NCBI GenBank assembly: GCA_965215365.1
Contig: CBDCDS010000003.1
Span: forward strand, 736,001 to 800,000
Length of the DNA: 64,000 bases
Reading direction: 5' to 3'
Source: Gammaproteobacteria bacterium
GTDB taxonomy: Bacteria; Pseudomonadota; Gammaproteobacteria; Eutrophobiales; Eutrophobiaceae
The notes under the pieces are model-generated. The model was given only the letters and a program-made list of their open reading frames with translations. It made no database searches and was not told the origin of the DNA. Below, in pieces: positions 45,517 to 54,409 of this stretch (position 1 is the first letter of the stretch; the number at the start of each line of letters is the position of its first letter). The translations under genes and the position numbers were made by a program.

Positions 45517-46797
45517 ATGAGAAAAAACCACGATAAAGTTTCTTACCTGCGCCCGACGCCCGACATTATTCCTCGTGCCGGGCACAACATCTCCACCAGC
45601 AACATCAGTCAGGGCGCGCTGAAGGTATTGTACCGCTTGAAGAATGCCGGTTATGCCGGTTATCTGGTCGGTGGCGGGGTGCGCGACCTGCTGCTCGGGC
45701 GCGAGCCCAAGGACTTCGATGTGGTCACGGACGCCACGCCGGAGCAGATAAGGGAATTGTTTCGCAACAGCCGCCTGATCGGACGTCGGTTCCGGCTCGC
45801 CCATGTGCGCTTTGGCGCTGAGATTGTGGAGGTATCCACCTTCCGCGCCCCGCATCACGACAGCGGCGACGCCGGCCATGTTTTGGACGGACGCATCATC
45901 CGCGACAATGTCTATGGCAGCATTGATGAAGACGTCTGGCGCCGCGACTTCACCGTTAATGCCTTGTTCTACAATATTGCAGACGAGTCGGTGGTGGACT
46001 ATGTACAGGGCATGGACGACATAAAATCCGGCTGCATCAGGTTGATTGGTGACCCGCGCCGGCGTTTTACCGAAGACCCGGTGCGGCTGCTGCGGGCGGT
46101 GCGGTTTGCAACCAAGCTGGGCTTTAAGATCAGCCCGGAGACCGGCAGCCGCATCCCGGAGCTGGCCTCAGCGCTGGGTGACATTGCGCCGGCGCGCCTG
46201 TTCGAGGAATGCCTGAAACTGTTTTTTAATGGCTATGCCTTGCAAACCTTTGAACAACTGCGCCGTTATGACCTGTTCAAGCAATTATTTCCACAAACCG
46301 AGGACACGCTGACAGAGCAACAAGGCGGCTTTCCCCACACGTTCCTGACCAACGCGCTGCGCAACACCGACGAGCGGCTGACGCAGAACAAGCCGGTGAC
46401 GCCGGGGTTTCTCATCGCCGCGCTGTTATGGCTGCCCATGGAGAAACTGATCCGGGAACATATCGCCCGGGGCATGAATGAAATGGACGCCCTCATGCTG
46501 GCCGGGGATATCGTTGTCTCCCGGCAAACCCGCGCCATCGCCGTGCCGCGCCGCTTTACCGGCATGGCGCGCGAGATCTGGCAGTTACAGCCACGCCTGA
46601 CCCGGCGCAGCAACCGCCGCCCGCAGCGGTTAATGGAAAACCCCCGGTTCCGGGCCGGCTATGATTTTCTGTTGCTGCGCGCGCAATCCGGGGAGGATGT
46701 GGCCGAGCTGGCGAAGTGGTGGACACAGTTTCAACAGGACCAGCCGGAAACAAAAAGCCCCACCCGTAACCGGCGCAACCGCCGCCGCCGCCGGTGA
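45517..46797 (+). CDS. pcnB: Poly(A) polymerase I
   Basis: LVGGGVRDLLLG..PKDFD, LIGRRFRLAHVRF signature, RRDFTVNAL, EDPVRLLRA. Confidence 0.95.
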   Translation: MRKNHDKVSYLRPTPDIIPRAGHNISTSNISQGALKVLYRLKNAGYAGYLVGGGVRDLLLGREPKDFDVVTDATPEQIRELFRNSRLIGRRFRLAHVRFGAEIVEVSTFRAPHHDSGDAGHVLDGRIIRDNVYGSIDEDVWRRDFTVNALFYNIADESVVDYVQGMDDIKSGCIRLIGDPRRRFTEDPVRLLRAVRFATKLGFKISPETGSRIPELASALGDIAPARLFEECLKLFFNGYALQTFEQLRRYDLFKQLFPQTEDTLTEQQGGFPHTFLTNALRNTDERLTQNKPVTPGFLIAALLWLPMEKLIREHIARGMNEMDALMLAGDIVVSRQTRAIAVPRRFTGMAREIWQLQPRLTRRSNRRPQRLMENPRFRAGYDFLLLRAQSGEDVAELAKWWTQFQQDQPETKSPTRNRRNRRRRR

Positions 46798-46815
46798 TAA
46801 TACTGTTACACAGGG

Positions 46816-47319
46816 ATGAGGCATAAACAGCTGCCACACAGCGTGGAATGCTACATCGGCCTGGGCAGCAACCTTGATAACCCCGCGGCCCGGTTGGACG
46901 CGGCGCTGGTGGCGCTGGATACTATCCCGGATACAAAGCTGGTGCAGCATTCCTCGTATTATCGCAGTAAGCCGCTGGGGCCGAGCGGCCAGCCGGATTA
47001 CCTGAACGCAGTGGCGCGGCTTGCTTGTGGCCTGCCGGCGCGGCAACTGTTGGGGCAACTGCAAGCCATTGAAAACGACCAGGGACGGGTGCGGAACGGG
47101 CCCAGATGGGGGGCGCGCACCCTGGATCTTGATATACTGCTGTACGGTGATGAGATTATTGATGAGCCCGAACTGGTGGTGCCGCACCCACAGCTTAAAC
47201 ATCGGAATTTTGTGCTGATGCCGTTGCTCGAGCTGGCGCCGGACCTGGACCTGCCCGGCCTTGGTCGGGCCGCGGAGTGGCTGGCGCGCGTCGGTCATGC
47301 GGGTATCGCGCCAGCATGA
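46816..47319 (+). CDS. folK: 2-amino-4-hydroxy-6-hydroxymethyldihydropteridine diphosphokinase
   Basis: YIGLGSNL, YLNAV, RWGARTLDLDIL, PHP. Confidence 0.96.
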   Translation: MRHKQLPHSVECYIGLGSNLDNPAARLDAALVALDTIPDTKLVQHSSYYRSKPLGPSGQPDYLNAVARLACGLPARQLLGQLQAIENDQGRVRNGPRWGARTLDLDILLYGDEIIDEPELVVPHPQLKHRNFVLMPLLELAPDLDLPGLGRAAEWLARVGHAGIAPA

Positions 47320-48113
47320 ATGACAAGCTGAGCATTGCACGCGTGCAGGGGATGAAACAGGCCGGGGAGAAAATCGCCGCCCTCACTGCCTACGATACCA
47401 GTTTCGCTGCGATCCTGGACGCGGCCGGTATGGACATCGCCCTGGTGGGCGACTCGCTGGGCATGGTCCTGCAGGGCCGGGAAGACACCTTGAGCGTGAC
47501 CATGGACGACATGGTTTACCACAGCGGCCTGGTCAGCCGCGCCTGCCGGCGGGCGCTGGTGGTCGTCGATATGCCGTATCTGAGCTACGAGACGCCGGCC
47601 CTGGCTGGTGAGAATGCGCGCCGGCTGGTAGCGGAGGGCGGCGCCGAGGTGGTGAAACTGGAAGGCGGCGAGGAGCAGGCGCAAACCGTGGCCGGTCTTG
47701 TTGAACAGGGTATTCCGGTCTGCGGCCATGTGGGGATGCAGCCTCAGTCGGTGCGCGAGTATGGCGGTTTCAAGGTGCAGGGCCGGGAGCAACACCAGGC
47801 CCGGCGCATCATGGCTGGCGCGCAGGCCCTGCAGAGCGCCGGCGCCGCCATGGTGGTGCTGGAATGTATCCCCGCCAGCCTGGCCGCACGCATCAGTGAC
47901 GCACTTACCATCCCCACCATCGGCATCGGTGCCGGTGAACACTGCGACGGTCAGGTGCTGGTCAGCTATGACATGCTCGGCATCTCCCCATACCGCCCGC
48001 ACCTGGCCAAAAACTTTCTGGCAGGGAGCGGCGGCGTAGCGGCTGCCGTGCAGGAATATGTGCGCGCAGTCAAAGCCGGTGAATTCCCGGGGCCGGAAAA
48101 TTCCTTCAAGTGA
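47316..48113 (+). CDS. panB: Ketopantoate hydroxymethyltransferase
   Basis: LTAYD, LVGDSLGM, VKLEGG, IGIGAG. Confidence 0.96.
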   Translation: MNDKLSIARVQGMKQAGEKIAALTAYDTSFAAILDAAGMDIALVGDSLGMVLQGREDTLSVTMDDMVYHSGLVSRACRRALVVVDMPYLSYETPALAGENARRLVAEGGAEVVKLEGGEEQAQTVAGLVEQGIPVCGHVGMQPQSVREYGGFKVQGREQHQARRIMAGAQALQSAGAAMVVLECIPASLAARISDALTIPTIGIGAGEHCDGQVLVSYDMLGISPYRPHLAKNFLAGSGGVAAAVQEYVRAVKAGEFPGPENSFK

Positions 48114-48174
48114 GAGTATGATTATGCGGGCTAAAGACCCACACATCACCGCGCCGTTGACCGGGGCACCGATC

Positions 48175-49020
48175 ATGGAAACGGTATCGAGTCTGGCCGA
48201 TTTGCGTGCGCGCATCGGCAGCTGGCGCCAGGCCGGACACAGCATCGCCTTAGTCCCTACCATGGGCAACCTGCATGACGGGCACCTGTCGTTGCTGCGC
48301 CAGGCCCGCGCGTGCGCGGCGCGCACCGTAGTCAGTATTTTTGTGAACCCGATACAATTCGGCAGGGGGGAAGATTACGAAAAGTATCCCAGCACCCTGG
48401 CCGAGGACAAGAATAAACTGGAAAAGTATGGCCTGGACCTGCTGTTCACGCCGGACCTGGACCAGCTTTACCCGGGCGGCACCGATGCCGACACCCGCGT
48501 CAACGTGCCGGAATTATCCAACATACTGTGCGGGGAATTCAGGCCCGGCCACTTCTCCGGGGTCGCCACCGTAGTCGCCAAGCTGTTCGCCAACGCGCAA
48601 CCGGATGTGGCCCTGTTCGGCGAGAAGGACTACCAGCAGTTGCTGGTCATCAAGCGTATGGTGCGGGACTTATGCCTGCCGGTGGAGATCGTCGGCATGC
48701 CCATCGTGCGCGAGGCGGACGGGCTGGCGATGAGTTCCCGCAATGCCTATCTGGCGCCGGCGGAACGGCGTCAGGCGCCGGCGATCTACCATACCCTGCA
48801 AGCCGCAGCCGCCAGTTTGCGTCAGGGCGCCGACCTGAAAGCCATTGAACGGGAGGCCATGCACAAGCTGGAGCAGGCCGGGTTCCGGCCCGAATACGTC
48901 AGCGTCCGCCGCAGTGAAGATCTGCGCGCGCCGACACCGGCAGACACCCGCCTGTCCATTCTGGCCGCAGCCTGGCTGGGGCCAGCGCGCCTGATTGACA
49001 ACGTACAGGTGCGGGGTTAA
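48175..49020 (+). CDS. panC: Pantoate-beta-alanine ligase
   Basis: VPTMGNLHDGH, FVNPIQF, RPGHFSGV, FGEKDYQQ, LAMSSRN, RLIDN. Confidence 0.96.
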   Translation: METVSSLADLRARIGSWRQAGHSIALVPTMGNLHDGHLSLLRQARACAARTVVSIFVNPIQFGRGEDYEKYPSTLAEDKNKLEKYGLDLLFTPDLDQLYPGGTDADTRVNVPELSNILCGEFRPGHFSGVATVVAKLFANAQPDVALFGEKDYQQLLVIKRMVRDLCLPVEIVGMPIVREADGLAMSSRNAYLAPAERRQAPAIYHTLQAAAASLRQGADLKAIEREAMHKLEQAGFRPEYVSVRRSEDLRAPTPADTRLSILAAAWLGPARLIDNVQVRG

Positions 49021-49746
49021 CCCGCATATCTCACCAAGTCGCTTGTTGCCTTGTGAAACATGATTGCTCTCAACAAGTTATGATAATACTGCTGTTCTTT
49101 CCACATAACACACTGCGCTTGATGCGCCCTCGCTGGTCTTGGTCCTGCCTGCGGGCACGTGCTTCCTCAACCAGAGAACCACTATGGTTTCGGTCGCAGG
49201 CACCCGCAGGCAGAACCAATCCGGCGCGATCTTCGCATCACTCGGTGAGATATGCGGGTTAACCCGCATATCTCACCAAGTCGCTTGTTGCCTTGTGAAA
49301 CATGATTGCTCTCAACAAGTTATGATAATACTGCTGTTCTTTCCACATAACACACTGCGCTTGATGCGCCCTCGCTGGTCTTGGTCCTGCCTGCGGGCAC
49401 GTGCTTCCTCAACCAGAGAACCACTATGGTTTCGGTCGCAGGCACCCGCAGGCAGAACCAATCCGGCGCGATCTTCGCATCACTCGGTGAGATATGCGGG
49501 TTAACCCGCATCTCTCACCAAGTCGCTTGTTGCCTTGTGAAACATGATTGCTCTCAACAAGTTATGATAATACTGCTGTTCTTTCCACATAACACACTGC
49601 GCTTGATGCGCCCTCGCTGGTCTTGGTCCTGCCTGCGGGCACGTGCTTGTTCAACCATAGCTACCGCTATGCTTTCGGGCGCAGGCACCCGCAGGCAGAA
49701 CCAATCTGGCGCGATCTTCGCATCACTGGGTGAGATCTGCGGGTTA
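49018..49746. repeat. Tandem array of three ~242-bp composite MITE units
   Basis: Units start at 49018, 49260 and 49502; each has terminal IRs ACCCGCATATCTCACC/GGTGAGATATGCGGGT joined by a shared TA. Confidence 0.92.
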
Positions 49747-50283
49747 GCCCATCCTGACCGGGCGCTTTTGCAATTTTCTTTGCAGGGTGCGCCGGTGCAT
49801 ACCGAGCCGCCGCGCCGCGGCAGAGATGTTGCCGTCGCATTCCGCCAGGGTTTTCTGTATGTGTTCCCATTCCAGCCTGGCCAAAGGCACCGGCGTGTCC
49901 CGCAGGGCAGCATCCGCGCGGCCCGTTTCCTGCCGGATGGCTGCCATGACGGCGTCTGCATCCGCGGGCTTGGTCAGGTATTGCCGCGCGCCCAGCTTGA
50001 TGGCCGCTACCGCAGTGGCAATGCTGGCATAGCCGGTTAAGACGATGATACGCATAGCCGGGTTGGTATCTAACAACGCCGGGAGCAGTTCCAGGCCTGA
50101 ATCAGCACCGATGCGCAAGTCCACCACGGCCACCCCGGGGCAGTTGTCCCGGGCCTGCGCTAGCGCGTCCTGTCGGTTATAGGTGCTGACCACCTCCATC
50201 CCGCGCCGCGCCAGCGCCCGCGCCAACAGATTGCAATAGACCTCATCATCGTCCACCAGCAACAGTCTGTTATCAGCCGGCAT
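49744..50283 (-). CDS. regA: RegA/PrrA-family response regulator
   Basis: LTGYASIATAV.AIK.GA..YLTKP, LEWEHIQ, NISAAARRLGMHRRTLQRKL. Confidence 0.92.
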   Translation of the reverse strand: MPADNRLLLVDDDEVYCNLLARALARRGMEVVSTYNRQDALAQARDNCPGVAVVDLRIGADSGLELLPALLDTNPAMRIIVLTGYASIATAVAAIKLGARQYLTKPADADAVMAAIRQETGRADAALRDTPVPLARLEWEHIQKTLAECDGNISAAARRLGMHRRTLQRKLQKRPVRMG

Positions 50284-51517
50284 TGCGCGCCAGTAGCCGT
50301 TGCAATGGCAGTTCAATCCGGGTGCGCAAGCCGCCACCCGGCAGGTTGGTAAACGCCAGGCCCCCGCCCAGCCGTTTCAGCGTAGTCTGGGCCAGGAACA
50401 GGCCGATGCCCTGACCGGATGATGTGCTCTCCAGTATCCTGTTGCCGAGTTCAGCCTGATACGCCTCCGGGATGCCTTGCCCGTCGTCGATGACGCCAAT
50501 CGTCAGGCGCTCGGCAGTCCAGTTCCCGGTCAACTGAATGTGCGCCCGGGACGCGTCGGCCGCATTGTTGAGGATATTGGTGATGGCCTGTCTCAGGGAC
50601 TTGTCCGCAATGATCAACGGCGCCGGTTGCTGACCCTGGCAGTCGATGTCAACAGGAATATCGCCGCGAGCCTGTTGCCATTGTGCAAACAGGTCCAGCA
50701 GAAATTCCTCGACAGAGACGATATAGCCGGAGTCGGCCTGCAACTGCCCGGCATCGGAGGCCATTTCCGCCAGGATAGTCTTGCACCGGCCCAACTGTTC
50801 CCGCATAAGTTCCAGATCTTTGTGCAGGCGCGGTTGGTCGGCATATTGTTCCTGCAGCGCCTGCGCCAGCACCGCCATAGTCGATAGCGGCGTGCCCAAT
50901 TCATGCGCGGTACCCGCAGCCAGCGCGCCCAGGGTCACAACCTGCTCGGCACGCAACGCCTCTTCCCGCGCCGCGGCCAAGGCGCGATCCCGTTGCCGCA
51001 GCGCCGCGGCGATACGGGAAACAAAAAATGTCACCAGCCCGGCGCTCAGGATAAACCCGTACCACATGCCCCACACATGTAACTGCGCCCCATGCTGACC
51101 CATAGCCTGCTCGGCCACCGGCACGTGAAAGAACATCAGCAGGGTATATCCGCAGGCCGCGGCCAGGGCGATCAGGGCGGCCAACGCCGGGCGAATGCTG
51201 GCGGCGGCAAAGATAACCGGCAGGATGAACAGGAAGATAAACGGGTTGGCGGAACCGCCGGTGAAATAAACCAGCAGGGTCAATGCCACCACATCCACCA
51301 GCAACTGTCCCAGGAACACCCAATCGGACAGTTCGGCGCGCGCCCGCAAGCGCAGCCAGGATGCCAGAGTAAACAGGGCCAGGGCGACGATGACCCACAG
51401 CGCCGGCGCGGCCGGCAGGTCAATGGCAAAGACCCGTTGCAGGAACAGCAAGGCCAGCACCTGCCCGCCCATGGCAATAAAGCGGACCAGCAACAGGTAT
51501 TTCAGGTTGTTGAGCAT
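50273..51517 (-). CDS. regB: RegB/PrrB-family sensor histidine kinase
   Basis: TGGSANPF, AHELGTPLST, NAADA, DDGQG, GIGLFL. Confidence 0.92.
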   Translation of the reverse strand: MLNNLKYLLLVRFIAMGGQVLALLFLQRVFAIDLPAAPALWVIVALALFTLASWLRLRARAELSDWVFLGQLLVDVVALTLLVYFTGGSANPFIFLFILPVIFAAASIRPALAALIALAAACGYTLLMFFHVPVAEQAMGQHGAQLHVWGMWYGFILSAGLVTFFVSRIAAALRQRDRALAAAREEALRAEQVVTLGALAAGTAHELGTPLSTMAVLAQALQEQYADQPRLHKDLELMREQLGRCKTILAEMASDAGQLQADSGYIVSVEEFLLDLFAQWQQARGDIPVDIDCQGQQPAPLIIADKSLRQAITNILNNAADASRAHIQLTGNWTAERLTIGVIDDGQGIPEAYQAELGNRILESTSSGQGIGLFLAQTTLKRLGGGLAFTNLPGGGLRTRIELPLQRLLARNAG

Positions 51518-51537
51518 GGTGATATTGCATATTACCC

Positions 51538-51861
51538 TAGCCCGCATATCTCACCAAGTCGCTTGTTGCCTTATGAAACATGATTACTCTCAACAAGTTA
51601 TGATAATACTGCTGTTCTTTCCACCTAACCCACTGCGCTTGATGCGCCCTCGCGGGTCTTGGTTCTGCCTGCGGGCACGTGCTTGTTCAACCATAGCTAC
51701 CGCTATGGTTTCGGGCGCAGGCACCCGCAGGCAGAACCAAGACCCGCGAGGGCGCATCAAGCGCAGTGGGTTATGCGGAAAGAGCAGCAGTATGATCATC
51801 ACTTATTGAGAGCAAAAATGTTCCACAATGCAACAAGCGACTGGGTGAGATATGCGGGTTA
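51538..51861. mobile_element. 324-bp palindromic MITE doublet (long module-spacer-inverted long module)
   Basis: ~140-bp imperfect inverted arms homologous to the 49 kb array; TA at both ends. Confidence 0.88.
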
Positions 51862-52601
51862 GCGCCGGCCTGATCATCATCGGCAATGAAATCCTGTCCG
51901 GCCGCACCCAGGATGCCAACCTGGCCCTCATCGGCGGGAAATGCGATGCCCTAGGTATCCGGCTGACCGAGGCGCGGGTTATTGCAGACACCGAAACGGC
52001 TATTGTCGAGGCGGTCAATACCTGCCGCGCGCGGTTTACCTACGTGTTCACCACCGGCGGCATCGGGCCCACCCATGACGATATCACCGCCGCGGCCGTG
52101 GCCAGCGCCTTCAACGTGGAACTGTTGCGTAATGAAGACGCGCGCCAAGCACTGGATCGCTACTACGAACCCAAACGCCTGACCGAGGCCCGGCTGAAAA
52201 TGGCGGATATCCCGGCCGGTGCCCGCCTGATCGACAACCCCGTCAGCGGCGCGCCGGGGTTTCAACTGGAGAACGTGTTTGTGCTGCCCGGCGTGCCGGC
52301 CATTATGGAAGCCATGTTCGACGGACTGACCGACCGGCTCGTGGGCGGCGACCCCATCATCACGGACAACGTCACCACCAACCTGCCGGAAAGCGAGCTC
52401 GCCGCCGACCTGGGTGCATTGCAGGAACAATATCCCGATATCATTATGGGCAGTTATCCCTACTTCAGAAAAGGCAAGCTGGGGGTGAACCTGGTGCTGC
52501 GCGGCACCGATGCGGCGCGCCTGAAGGCGGCGGCGGCGGCGCTGGTGGCGGCAATTTTACGCTTGGGCGGCGAGGCGCGGCACAACCGCCCTGCGCTATG
52601 A
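51852..52601 (+). CDS. CinA-like molybdopterin-binding domain protein
   Basis: IIGNEILSGRTQDAN, TTGGIGPTHDDIT, PGVP. Confidence 0.9.
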   Translation: MRVSAGLIIIGNEILSGRTQDANLALIGGKCDALGIRLTEARVIADTETAIVEAVNTCRARFTYVFTTGGIGPTHDDITAAAVASAFNVELLRNEDARQALDRYYEPKRLTEARLKMADIPAGARLIDNPVSGAPGFQLENVFVLPGVPAIMEAMFDGLTDRLVGGDPIITDNVTTNLPESELAADLGALQEQYPDIIMGSYPYFRKGKLGVNLVLRGTDAARLKAAAAALVAAILRLGGEARHNRPAL

Positions 52602-52605
52602 GGAT

Positions 52606-53316
52606 ATGAAAGTCGACACCGGCATCCGCGCCCAACGCTCCGCCTGGTCGTTCGACGGCGCGGTGGCGGCAGCGTTTCCCGACCATGCCAGGCGTTCCAT
52701 TCCCTATTACGCAGACGGGCACGAGCTCATCTGTTACCTGAGTGACTTCTTCGTGGCGCCGGACAGTACCGTATATGATCTGGGCTGTGCCACCGGCCTC
52801 CTGCTGCAACAACTGGCAAGGCGCCATGCACACAAACCCGGCGTGCGCTGGGTCGGGCTGGACCGGGAACAGGCCATGATTGAACAGGCCGCCAACACCT
52901 GCGCCGGGCTGGACAATGTGGAGTTACGTTGTGAGGACATCGGCGCCGGCGAGCTCGGGCAGACCGACATGATCATCGCCTATTACACCATACAGTTCAT
53001 CGAGGAACGACAGCGCCAGGCGCTGTTCGACAAAATCCACCAGGCCTTGAACTGGGGTGGCGCGTTCGTCCTGTTCGAGAAGGTCGGCGCGCCGGACTCC
53101 CGTTTTCAGGACATGATGTCCTGCCTGTACCGGGAGTTCAAACAGCGCAACGGCTTCAGCGCCGAGGAAATACTGAACAAGGAGTTAAGCTTAAAAGGTG
53201 TGCTCAAACCCTTCTCCAGCGCCGGCAACTCAGGCCTGCTGCACCGGGCCGGTTTCACCGACGTGATGACGGTGATGAAATACGTCAGCTTCGAGGGCTT
53301 CCTGGCGATTAAATAG
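52606..53316 (+). CDS. CmoA-like SAM-dependent enzyme
   Basis: WSFDGAVA..F..H.RRSIPYY, YDLGCATG, TIQF, FEKV. Confidence 0.8.
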   Translation: MKVDTGIRAQRSAWSFDGAVAAAFPDHARRSIPYYADGHELICYLSDFFVAPDSTVYDLGCATGLLLQQLARRHAHKPGVRWVGLDREQAMIEQAANTCAGLDNVELRCEDIGAGELGQTDMIIAYYTIQFIEERQRQALFDKIHQALNWGGAFVLFEKVGAPDSRFQDMMSCLYREFKQRNGFSAEEILNKELSLKGVLKPFSSAGNSGLLHRAGFTDVMTVMKYVSFEGFLAIK

Positions 53317-53362
53317 GCCAGCGCCGGCAACCGGCTTTGTCAGCAACAGCTTTGCGCGGTCG

Positions 53363-53545
53363 TTATTGAGCCTTGCTGGTAACGAACGACTGAAACAGAT
53401 CTTTAAGCATACCCATGGAACCTTCCAGGTGAGCTATCCTCTCTTTTAACCCGGCGATGTCCTTGTGCACCGACCAGATCATGGCGGCCAGCGCGCATTG
53501 CGTAGTGATGATGGTTAAAACAATGGTGATCAACTCGTAATTCAC
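53363..53545 (-). CDS. Small membrane-anchored coiled-coil protein
   Basis: Hydrophobic N-terminus plus LKERIAHLEG; RBS AAGGAGG upstream. Confidence 0.6.
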   Translation of the reverse strand: MNYELITIVLTIITTQCALAAMIWSVHKDIAGLKERIAHLEGSMGMLKDLFQSFVTSKAQ

Positions 53546-53692
53546 TTTAATCCCTCCTTATCAGATAAATTGATACTGGAAAGCGCATGATAAACACTAT
53601 TGCCAACCAACGCAAGCAGAATTTTCCAATATGAAATGGGTAACTACTCGCCCCCTCCCTCTAATTCTACTGAATTTTTTGTCAAGGCGTCC

Positions 53693-53721
53693 TTGACAAC
53701 ATAGCGTCATGGCGTTATGTT
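53693..53721 (+). promoter_or_regulatory. Sigma70-like promoter inside the IS66 left end, overlapped by inverted repeats
   Basis: TTGACA-17 nt-TATGTT; palindrome TTGTCAAGG-cgt-CCTTGACAA covers the -35. Confidence 0.6.
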
Positions 53722-53728
53722 GGTCGTC

Positions 53729-54409
53729 ATGGGGAATGCGTACCGAGGGTCGAAAGCCACGACGGGTCTGTGCCAGCCGCTCATTGCGATGATGCCGCCG
53801 CACAGTGTGTACATTGAGACACACTTAGGCGGCGGGGCGATTATGCAGCGCAAGCCGGCGGCGTTGCGCAACATTGGGATTGATCTTGATGTGCGGGCGT
53901 TGGCGGGGTTTACGTGTAGGTATCCGGTGGAGTTGGTGCAGGGGTGTTGTCACCGCTGGTTGGCGACTTTTCCGTTTGACGGCACGGAGTTGGTGTACAG
54001 CGACCCGCCCTACCTGCACAGCACGCGCAAGTCACGGCACCGTTACCGGTATGACTACGAGGACTCAGACCATGAGGCGCTGCTGGCGTTACTGCAGGGG
54101 CTGCCCTGTGCGGTGATGGTGTCGGGGTATCCTTCGGCCTTGTATGATGAGGTGCTGGCGGGCTGGCGCAGTGTGTCCTTGCAGGTGATGAATCAGGGCG
54201 GGGTGGTGACCGAGCGGGTCTGGTTCAATTTTGTGCCGGACCGGGTGCACTGGGTGCGCTATGCGGGGCGCAACTTCACGCACCGCCAGCAGGTCAAGCG
54301 CAAGGCTGAGAACTGGGGGCGGCGTTATCGTGACTTGCCCCCGGCCGAGCGGCTGGCGGTGCTGGCGGCGATGATGGCGGTGGAGGCACAGTGCACATGG
54401 CCACGGTGA
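53729..54409 (+). CDS. Compact Dam-like DNA adenine methyltransferase
   Basis: YRGSK, YIETHLGGGAI (motif I), YSDPPY (motif IV), MVSGY. Confidence 0.85.
   Translation: MGNAYRGSKATTGLCQPLIAMMPPHSVYIETHLGGGAIMQRKPAALRNIGIDLDVRALAGFTCRYPVELVQGCCHRWLATFPFDGTELVYSDPPYLHSTRKSRHRYRYDYEDSDHEALLALLQGLPCAVMVSGYPSALYDEVLAGWRSVSLQVMNQGGVVTERVWFNFVPDRVHWVRYAGRNFTHRQQVKRKAENWGRRYRDLPPAERLAVLAAMMAVEAQCTWPR

Noticed and set aside
49018-49746. CRISPR array
   Set aside because: Units are ~242 bp and nearly identical throughout, with no unique spacers and no cas genes in the window
49053-50040. Repeated short ORFs within the array (also 51390-52018)
   Set aside because: They are translations of MITE sequence with no protein motifs
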